A stretch of 64,000 nt of DNA, from the NCBI GenBank assembly GCA_964035545.1, contig OZ037765.1:3162001-3226000 (forward strand), given 5' to 3'. The notes under the pieces are model-generated. The model saw only the letters and a list, made by a program, of their open reading frames with translations, did no database searches and was not told the origin of the DNA. Positions within the stretch are counted from its first letter, which is position 1. The number at the start of each line of letters is the position of its first letter. The stretch comes from Bugula neritina (lineage: Eukaryota > Animalia > Bryozoa). Position numbers and translations under genes: made by a program. Positions 54,201-64,000 of this stretch are shown piece after piece.

Positions 54201-57200
54201 TGGTGTTGGTAGATGTGGTGTTAGCAGTGTCCACCTGCACATAGTGTGGGAATATTACTGCATTCAGCTAACTAGATGATGGATTAGACCTTCTAGATAT
54301 GTGAGAATTTGCACTGCAGCATATTTGCAGACCAAATCAACGAATAGATTACTTATATTACTTGATGATATATTTTTTAATACGAATATATTGTCACATC
54401 AAATCTACAGTAACTACAGCATACAGATACTGCATTTGTGTTGTACATCTACGATAGCTGCCACATTCACTACAGTTACTACAAGAAAACTACTACTATA
54501 ACCACACACACATACAAAGTAAATTGTATCACACATAAAAGAGGCTGCAAACCTTGTCACTCTTTGGTTTCTCGTCTTTTTCTTTGGCTGCATCTTCGGT
54601 CTTCTCAGAACTTTCTTCCTTACTTTCAGTCTCTGTTTTTTCTGCACCTTCTTGAGGTTCTTCAACCTTCTTTTCTGTTGATTCACTCTCCTTGGACTCT
54701 TCAGTTTCCTTAGCTTTGGTTTCACTGTCTGATTCTCCTGCTGAACCTGGCACACCTTCCTCCTCACCTGGAGCCTCAGAATCCTCAGGCTTCTCCTTGA
54801 AACAAAAACATCATATGAGAACATAGAGCAGCAGAACTTTCCTGCATTGAAACAGCAGAGTGACACGTGACATAGCAGTGATGTGTGTGACATAGCAGTG
54901 ACAGAGCTGTGATATGTGACTATATTGGGCACAGGAACAGTATGTTCATAGAATGTAAAGAACTAACCTCTGCTGAGTTGGACTCCTCCGTACCAGAGTT
55001 ACTTGACCCAAAGAAGCTACTGATGGTGTTACTCAACTCTGCAAACAGATGCATTATAAATCTTATAGTGCATGTATGTAAGTACTGTGTGTATATAGTG
55101 CATGTATGCATTGTATTGTGTGTATGTATAGTGTATGTACTGCATGCATGTATTGCATCTAATCAGTTTACACACCCAACACTAGTAATTAAATAAACAT
55201 TAATCCAGTCTTAACTAAGATGATCATCTCCCAGATAGTATCTGTTATGCTGCATTATAAAGTCTTATCTTCAAGATGGTCATTAAATCTTATTTTAATA
55301 TAGTTTTGTTACAGATTTTAGTGCATGATTTTTAGCCCCATTGAAGATATTTCATGAAACACTTAGTCAAGCAACATATACACACTGTATGTGTTATAGT
55401 CACACATTGGGCTTTTATTTACACAATACACATGGAATATATAATATATTATCATATAGTATACACATAATATATTATTATATTTTATTTGTAATATATA
55501 ATAACCATATACTAATACATTCACATTAGGACAACTTACTAGAGAAAGCAGATTCAGAAGCTGCTGGGTCAGGAATTCTCTCGAACACAATCTCCACCTA
55601 CAATATAATCCAGTGGTGAACCACCAGTAGCTAAGCATACGACACACAGAGCTATAGCTAGATATTACATGCATCTGATAACTGTTGGTATTATCCATGG
55701 TATTATATGTCTTGTATTAATATGAACAGACAGAGTTTTAAACCATATTCTGTGCATTTGAAAATTCACAATTTAATGGCAGGAAATCTGCAAAGAATTC
55801 ACTGTAAACTAACGCTATCCAAATCAAGCAATCCACTCTCATCGAGTTTGAAATGCGCCTTCACCCCCTTGCTCTCGGTGAGGTTGTTCACGTGCTTGTT
55901 GATTTGTTCCTTCACCCCATCTAAACTAACTGCAGTCAAGTTGAGACTTCCAAATGCCCTGCAATAAGCAACACTACTAGTTAGTAAAGTGCCTGGATAT
56001 TGTAAAGCTAAGAAATTATCAAAACTAAATCCTGCAGGTAAAGCTGCTGAGGTATTCAGTATTATGTAACATGAGCTGAGCTGCTTGGACAGACTAGTTA
56101 TTGAAATGATGAATTAGGAAATAAACAGTTTCTAGAAGAAATGTTATTTTCATACTTCAAAAAGTAAATCATCTCTATTCTGTTATACATCACATTAGAT
56201 CAGATAATACAAAGTAACTTAGCCACACTATTTCTAACTGCAGGAGAGAACAATAAAGAAAAGCACCCAGGAGCACATGTTTCGCCCTTCAACAGGTAAC
56301 TAAAAGTAACTGCACTAATAGTTTAGTAAAAGAACCTACGCCAGTTCTGACTGAGAGAGGAAAGTCACATCCCCGTAGTTGACGTTGAAGTTAAAGTCAT
56401 CCGTGTGCTTATTGAAGGTCATGACCTTCTTCTGAGGGAAAGGGTTGAGTCTAGAGAAGAGAGTTCTCTTGACGGTTCTGGTAGACTCCGCGCCATCTTC
56501 CTCAACCTTCCTCTCAAACTCCACCTAAACACAGCAGGAATACCAGACATAGAGCAGGAGTTACACTACTCAGTGAGTCATTAAATGCTGCAAATGTATT
56601 AGTTGCCCAGAAAAGTGGAATTATATAACTAGAAAACTGCTGAGAGAAGTCATAAAGTAGTAGCTGAACTGCCTGAAACTTGAACTCGAATCAGTAACTT
56701 TCAGCTGAGCAACTTTGAGTTCATTTAAATCTTTCAAATTCAAGAGCAAACTATTTGATAGTGAAACTCCACACAGGAAGCACCTACTTAGCATCATAGA
56801 GTAACACATATATGTGGTGTCAGGATTCCCACCTGAATAGGGTAGATGTTGGCATCTTTGACAGCAAAGGTTTTCACTCTGAACCCTGTGCTCAAATACG
56901 CTGCCTGATAGACAGCGCCTAGAGCTGCTGCCTCATCCGTGTTGATGCTCTTACCCAGGTCTTCACGCTTCACCGCTTTTTGGAGCATCTCCTTGACTTT
57001 AGGGGCGCGTGTACCGCCTCCCATGAGGATAACTTCATTGATCTCAGACTAAAGACAACAAACCAGTCTACACTGTGCTGATTTTGAATCATACAATCTA
57101 TTAATTCAATATATTCTCCATGTTGTAGAAACAGTAAATGAAAACATATGCCACAGTGGATTATTCTAAAACTTTACTTGAATAGACAGATAACTCCTAA

Positions 57201-60200
57201 ATACAGTTACTTCATCCCCTTTACTGAAATAACATTATGCACTTCCAATATGATAAAAAGGGAGGACAACTCCATATTTATTTCTGACAAAAGTTTAGGC
57301 ACTGCTAATTAAAAAATCAACTCCATGAAAAGCAGAAACTTTGGTAATCTATTTAGTATGTACTTCCAACACCAACCATTGACATTTCAGAGCTAGCCAG
57401 AGCTTGTTTCACCGGACCAGCAATTCCTTCAAATATATCGGCGGCCATATTTTCCAACTCCTCTCGGGTGACTTTAGTCTTGAAATCCTGATCGTCAAAC
57501 AAATTCTCAACCTGTAAGATATAACCGTTACTTCATTACATTACAGTGCATTACTCCATTCTATTACAGTGCATTACTCCATTCTATTACGGTGCACTAC
57601 TCCATTACATTACAGTGCACTACTCCATTACATTACAGTGCATTACTCCATTCTATTACAGTGCACTAAATGTATTTCGAATTTAACTTTCAACTAAAAT
57701 AGCAGGCATTGATGAACATAGAGCACCACTTTGAGTAAATAAAACAAAGGCAAATAATAAACGAAATTAATGCAAACATAGCATTAGCTAGCGTGCAGAA
57801 CGAATCTGTTGAAAATAGAAAGATCCTTAAGAGGAAATGATTGACATTTTAACATATAAAACAGTAAGTCCTGAAACAGTAAGCATCTAACTGGCTATTA
57901 GACAATACAGAACACACAGCAATATACCTGAGCAAATGTCTCTATGTTAGCACTGAGTATCTTCTTTACTCTCTCGGCCTCTTTGTGAAGCTTAGCCATG
58001 GCTCTAGGGTTCTCCTTCACATCCTTCGAAGTCTTCCTTTGTCCATTAAACACTTTAGCCAAGTGATCTCTCAACCTGAGAGTAATTTCCAGAGAACCGA
58101 GGCTACGATCAAACCCAACTCCTCGCACAGTGATCTGGGGATTCGTCTCCACTATAGACCCAACTTTCATTTTAACCACCTGCGAGAAGCACAAATATTA
58201 ATAATCAACAAAGATAGTTGACAACCTTCAACTTCCTTAAACAAAGTTCTTTGCTCATAATTTGTACTAAAATTATTTACTTCCATCACTCCTGCCAGAG
58301 TAGTATTCTAATAAACTATTCCAATACAACTGCAAATTTCCTTACCCAGAAAGGTCCCCCACTGGAACCAACAGCGTTTATTTGGGATGAGTAATTTTTC
58401 AGCTATACAAATACCCACATAATTTATTTTTGGATTTTTTTTAATACAAGTGGCTAAATTTAGACTCAAACACTGACCTGGTAGCTGACAATGGACACAG
58501 TGGTACTGGTAGAACCCATGTCAAAGAACATGTAATTCTGAGCTGTGCTGTTGAATTCTTTACGTCGGAACACTCCGTAGTTGAGAGCAACTGAAATCAG
58601 ACAGCAACTAGTGAAGTGTAACTTTGGTACATTCCTCTCTTCATACATATGTTGCACATCACCCCCACACACTCCATACACACTGGATACACGCTCAAAC
58701 ACACACAGACGAACAAAAATATTGTAGAAGGAAAGAACTCCAAAATCACAAGACTATGAATATTAAGCAAAAGAGTTCTAACTCCTTTTACAAACATACC
58801 GGCAGCGTGGTTAGTCATCAGTTGCAAGACTTTGATGCCGGCTAACTCAGCTGATCTTTTCAAAGCTCGGCGCTCAGCCTGATTAAAGTGGGCGGGACAG
58901 AGTATGACGGCATCAGTTACTTTCTGCTCAGCGAATGCGGCAGCATACTGCTTGGCTGACTCTAGGATCATTGCGAGCAGCTCTTCAACTGAGTACTTGC
59001 TGCCACTACGAGGAGAAACACCAGAGTATGTCAACTAACTTAGAGTTAGCAGATCAATACATTGTCATACCTGTGAGTCTACATTCACAAATCAAAGAGG
59101 TGATGCATGTTACAATAAAGAAAAAGATACAACAAGTCATGGTAGGTTTTCTCCAACAATATTTCTACCACATCGCTTTATTACTCATCGTTGGATACAT
59201 ACTTGCCCCGCTACCCACAAGAATTAAAATGGTTATGGTGAGAAACGGCTAGAATTGATTACATACTCGGGATGTTCAAAGTTAATGGTGGCTCTGTCCG
59301 CGTCGTCCTCCATCTTGTAATAGGGGAATCTCTGCTGGAACTGCTGCACTATTGGGTTGCTAGTGTTCTTGCCGAGCAGTTCCCTCAAGTATATGTACGC
59401 TAAAGACGGGAATCGAGTGGCCTGTGTGGAAAAGGAAGTAATGTTCATGTGCTTACTTTGCTCCAGGTGCAATGGTTATGAGCTCTGTTATATAGTGTAT
59501 GTATGTAAGCAGCTTACAAACTAGTGATTAGAACACTTATTGGTATAAGCTAAAGTAACTAGTTATTCTTTAAATTAAACATTTCATAAAGAAACTCAAA
59601 TTATCTCTAAATTGATGCTAAGAGCTTCCATTTAAAAATAATCTACACAATGAAACTTTTAAACTTCTAGTTAAGTGGAGACAACCAACAACTTGCTATC
59701 AGCTTAAACATATTTTATACATAAATTAGCAACTTTGAAAATAAATTTACGAATTATTCTTACCGTATTCATAGCAGCATTAGCAAATTCCCGGTCACCA
59801 TTTTGTCGCATAGCAACCACAGTTGAAGTCTTTCTAGCCGACTCTCTACAAGTGAAAGCGATTTTATAAGACGTAGGATAAATATTACGGCAACTACTTT
59901 GAGTTACTTAATCAAAATTTCAAGCATTATAAACCAAAAAAATTCGCTTTAAAACAGAACCTCTCATAATGAAAACAAGTCCAAAGACTGAAAGAAAAGA
60001 TTGCAAAAACTTGACAAGAACTAACGCTTATTTCAAAGAGGAGAAAGCAGAAAGATACAAACGAACAGAAAACTGCTTACACATTAAGAACTATCTCCAT
60101 GGGAACTCCAGGCTTGACTATACCGATTTTCATATATTCGTTTCCCAGGTCAATAGACATGACAGCGAGTGAAGCTATAAAATGAAGAATAACAAATGAA

Positions 60201-60375
60201 TGACTACTTAATGCTTATTATGATTCTCCTTGCAACATTAAGAAAAAAATTAGAAAATTATAATAAAAAAATACCATCAAACATTGAATATCTGAACACA
60301 AAACATACCTGCACTGGCCAATAATGAACCCAGGATGAACAGGGAAACTCCCAGTTTGGCAGAGCTTTGCGACAT
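51237..60375 (-). CDS. HYOU1: Hypoxia up-regulated protein 1 / GRP170 / ORP150 (ER Hsp70-family nucleotide exchange factor), ~1028 aa
   Basis: 20 coding exons: 60309-60375, 60081-60174, 59764-59845, 59267-59421, 58800-59005, 58478-58590, 57928-58179, 57377-57511, 56833-57048, 56340-56524, 55814-55958, 55540-55597, 54968-55038, 54553-54795, 54092-54234, 53535-53745, 52834-53062, 51698-52006, 51362-51496, 51237-51274 (3087 nt). Signal peptide followed by [113 protein letters not shown]; acidic insertions; ends HIEL-stop. Confidence 0.95.
52555..52833. repeat. 34-40-bp minisatellite, ~7-8 copies, starting at a HYOU1 donor site
   Basis: Unit CTGTTACCA(CA)nGCTACTACACTAACTAGACTA with variable CA number. 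Confidence 0.93.
53458..53548 (-). repeat. 24-bp tandem repeat spanning a HYOU1 exon/intron junction (four GTGAGT donors)
   Basis: Minus-strand unit ACGCCTCTCTCG|GTGAGTGTGGCC; donors at 53534, 53510, 53486, 53464. A separate ~27-bp repeat (TACTTACTTCTACTAGCTAGT core) follows at ~53375-53450. Confidence 0.9.
57533..57668. repeat. 23-bp minisatellite, ~5-6 copies, ~20 nt from a HYOU1 acceptor
   Basis: Unit TTACAGTGCA(T/C)TACTCCATT(CT/AC)A. Confidence 0.85.
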
Positions 60376-62030
60376 GATCGCAGCTATGTGAAGATCTGCT
60401 TTTACAAGGCTGAAATGCAAGAATAAAACTTTATTCAAAACATTACATTATTCAAAACAGTACATCATTTACTTTTAGTACGACTAAGCGACTTGGAGCA
60501 AAGTAAATTGAGACATAAATTTTAGATTTGACAGTTGTAAAACGCAAGCCTTGAAGCAAAATTAGTTATGAGTATGACTATGGCAACGAGTATTAGTAGG
60601 GTTCTTTTCTTATGAGTATTTATATTTGCTTTCACCTAAAAACAATATAAATATTAATATAAGTATCACAGTTTTATTTAATGCCTACTTTTGAGTTTTA
60701 GTTTAATAGCAAATCACAAACTGGATAGAACACTCGGTGCCACACTCATAGTCATAAAATTAGTGAGACTAAAGTTGATAATTTAATTACTGATTAGTAA
60801 TAGTACTGGTACTAAGAATACTGTTACTGGCAGGAGTAATCATAGTATTATTATTAGTAACGCTACTTACTAGTTGATGCTAGTTAAAATTAATATCATA
60901 TTCATATTGAAATTTATTTGTAAAAAGTATGATATAACAATTACTACTCCTAATCTTAGTCCTACGGTCAAAAGTGAAGTTTAAACTGAAACTCGCAGGC
61001 ACACGGACAATCACAATGTCGACGTCAAAGTGGGCGTAGCATTGACTCCCAGTTTCGCACTGACATTCAGTTAACCACTTACAGTCACAGTGTCAGTGAC
61101 AACACAGGCTTCGAGTTAAAACCGCTAAAGACTTGGAGCTAGACTTAATAAAAACCTGTTGGTAAATCAGTCACCAAGAGTGAGAATATCGTTAAGTGTA
61201 ACTCTGACACTTACCTAAGTGTTAAGCTAAGGCAAAGACTGAGAGTCAGAGTAAGTTTAATATTACCAATATCACTATGACTATGAGTCTAACAGCAGCA
61301 GTATGACTATGGGTATCACTACGACCTAAAGTTGCTATAAAATGTGTGAAGCAGTCACTAAGTCTAAAAGTGAGTCTAGCAGAGTGACAGTGACACTCTG
61401 ACTCACACTGACTGTCACTGGAACTGTAAGACTAAGACCAACTCCAAGTGTAACAGTAAGACTAAAACAGTAAAAGTAACTATAAGTATAAGTATAAGCA
61501 TAACTATAACATTAACTATAACTATAAGTATAAGCATTATAATTATTATAAATATTAATATTATAATTATTATTTATGTATTATAGTTTAGTTATTGTAT
61601 TATCATTTATGTATACTTATAGGGCTCCGACTGGGTAATACTAATACCTTACTAATAGTTATAGTAATACTGATAATAATAGTAATAGAATTAGATATAA
61701 AAATAAAATAAAATTTAAAATTAATAACTTTAAGTTTACAACTATTACTATTAGTATTACTATTAGTATTAGTATTACAGTATTAGTATTATTACTTATT
61801 AGTATTAAATTTAATAGCAATATTATTTTACTTGGTGTTATGTTAAGATTGACCTAAGCAAAAGTGATTACAGCAATACCCCTGACGCAATAGAACAACT
61901 CATATACACGTAACATTAAATAAAATAGTATAGAACAAAAGAATGGTGTGAATTTGGAAAAAGTTTGATGAAATTCAATGAATGAGCATTAGGAGAAAGT
62001 TTAGATGTATGCTTATTTGACAAATGGGAA

Positions 62031-62049
62031 TGTGGCGTAAACTGATTGG
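62031..62049 (-). promoter_or_regulatory. ER stress response element (ERSE) upstream of HYOU1
   Basis: Minus strand CCAAT-CAGTTTACG-CCACA matches CCAAT-N9-CCAC(G/A). It lies just upstream of a probable non-coding first exon (donor near 61831, acceptor near 60410). Confidence 0.7.
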
Positions 62050-62793
62050 CGAATCAACAACAAGAAGTACACGTGCAATATGTATACTTGCAAATGTTCG
62101 AAATGAGCAATGCGTGACTTTAAAGAAATCGTCTAAACTACAAGCACAGCGTATCAACTGTAACGACATAACTATAAAAATATTTTACCTAACGGATTCA
62201 CTTTAGTACACGTTGCAGCTAGAACCGAACAACTTTATTTTCCGAGAGCACAACTACTAAATACAGTGCTTGAATTGTTTGAAAAGTAATTATTACTATT
62301 CATATGGCATTTCTCACGATTTTCATTACCTGTAAATTATTATATTCATTATAAGGAATGTATTTAATGCCCAAGTTTGTCACACAAACAAATATGACCC
62401 AAAATTCTCATTAGCATTATATTTTTACCTACCATTTCATTTCACACATATTAGTATGAGGTTTAAACTGCAGCTTAATTCATACCAGTGCAGTCCTAAA
62501 ATGTTTTGAGTTGGATAGTAAAAATATTTACGAATATAACTTTTGGGCTATGCAAAATTTGAAACAATATCAGTACAAAGATATATTATAGTAATTTTCT
62601 AAACAAATTAGTATAAAGCTATATTATAGCTGATTGAAATCAAAACATCGTACAGATGGATGCAGACAATGTAATACTTATGTCAAGAGAAAAATGATGT
62701 TTAAATATTTAACTTTCCAGTTATCTGTTTTCTCTACTAGTTTCATTCTATTTTGAAACATTGATAATTTAGAAGCTCAATTGCAAAATTTAC

Positions 62794-63563
62794 TTATACA
62801 TTATATTGCATAATAAAACTCATAGAGAAACGAGAATAGTATTTTTTGTTATTTCCAAGGGTTTCTCCTGCTGCCACTACCTTGACATATGACACGTGCT
62901 GACCCGGCAGCAGTTGATAGTTACATGTGCTGAAAGAAGTGTAGTAAGAGACAGCACATTTCACATTGATCGAGTCAGCTGTACAGGGCAGCTTGTCACA
63001 ATGCTGCTGAGTAACAGCGCCACTTTCCGCTGTCAAGTAAGACGAGAGACGGGGAGGGGGAAGGTTTGGATTCAGACAGACTCGCAGTTGTATCAGCAGT
63101 TGAGACTGGTGCTCAAGCGTGAAGTTTCTGTAAAGGGCGTAGGGTGTAAGGTTAATAGTTTTTACTTCTGATCCTAAATCAATGGAGCTGTTCCTGTTTT
63201 TAGAAATTGGCAGCACCTAAAATGCGGAACAAAGATAAAATACGCTAAGAAAGAGCAGTTTTAGAATATTAAAGTCATAATCTTTATAGTACAACTATTA
63301 ATTGAGTGAGATTTTTATTTTCAAAATAATTTATATAACTGATTGCAAATAGTGGCGCTAACTACCTGAGTAAGCTGAGCTGAGGCAACTGATTCTTCTG
63401 ATGGTTTCACCAGAGCACTAACGCTGTATCTTATTGGGTAGTATTTATCTGGGTCAACTCTAATGTACAGATTCCCACCTATCCATTTAGTTATATAAAG
63501 GCATTGAGCTGTTGGTTTTCTATCAAGCCTAGGAATCCCTGTGCTCCATCGTGCTTTAGCCAG
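62794..63563 (-). CDS. Uncharacterised Cys-containing protein, paralog B (last two exons; 5' exons beyond the right edge)
   Basis: Exons 63366-63563 and 62794-63216, both phase 0. LAKARWSTG...GNLYIRVDPDKYYPIRYSVSALVKP aligns with LSKAKWSNG...GDLYVRIDPDRYYPITYTLSALVTP of paralog A; TQQHCDKLPCTADSINVKCAV aligns with TQFLCDRLPCNVNSHNVKCSV. Confidence 0.82.
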
Positions 63564-64000
63564 CTGCAATAATAAGGTAACATGTATACTAATAGATGAT
63601 AGTTATAAAAGATCACAAGTATGGCAAGGTGTCAGGTACAATATATGGTGACAGGGTGATCAGGTGCCGACATGCAGGTATAATAAGGTGAGCTAGGTAT
63701 ACAAAAAGGTGACAGCTGTATGGTAAAGTGCATGACATGTCTAATATGATAAAAAGTATTGTAAGGTGGCACGAATAGCAAAAAGACAGGTATAGTAAAT
63801 GACAGTTGTACTCTGCCATGCAACATTGCATGCGTTATATAAAATTTTACTACAATACGTATATAACTGAGGGAGAGTTTTAGATTTAGATTCTAATAAG
63901 GTTATCATTACCAATCAACTAACATAATTTCAAAAATAAAAGGATGTACCATGTTTTTGCCTATATTATATTACCTCAGATACTGTAGTAATACACATGA

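Overview
AT-rich, intron-rich animal genomic DNA, probably from an invertebrate; the species cannot be determined from the sequence. Gene models were built by hand from GT-AG splice sites and reading-frame continuity. (1) The 5' part of CFAP46, a ciliary central-apparatus TPR protein, lies on the minus strand: about 30 exons from the ATG at 32165, running off the left edge. (2) Two tandem lathosterol oxidase/sterol-C5-desaturase (SC5D-like) genes lie on the plus strand; the first is head-to-head with CFAP46. (3) A complete HYOU1/GRP170 ER Hsp70-family chaperone gene lies on the minus strand, with a C-terminal HIEL and an ERSE upstream. (4) Two inverted paralogs of an unrecognised, Cys-containing protein flank HYOU1; the complete copy is ~300 aa with a signal peptide. 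Introns hold a decayed Academ-type DNA transposon with a nested RTE-like LINE fragment, hAT-type non-autonomous elements, MITEs, hairpins and minisatellites; tRNA-derived SINE heads lie between the two SC5D genes. The most unusual pattern is that tandem repeats repeatedly start at exon boundaries and multiply the splice sites themselves: about 30 acceptor copies, a triplicated CAG|GTAC acceptor, and four tandem GTGAGT donors. No prokaryotic features (CRISPR, operons, rRNA) are supported.
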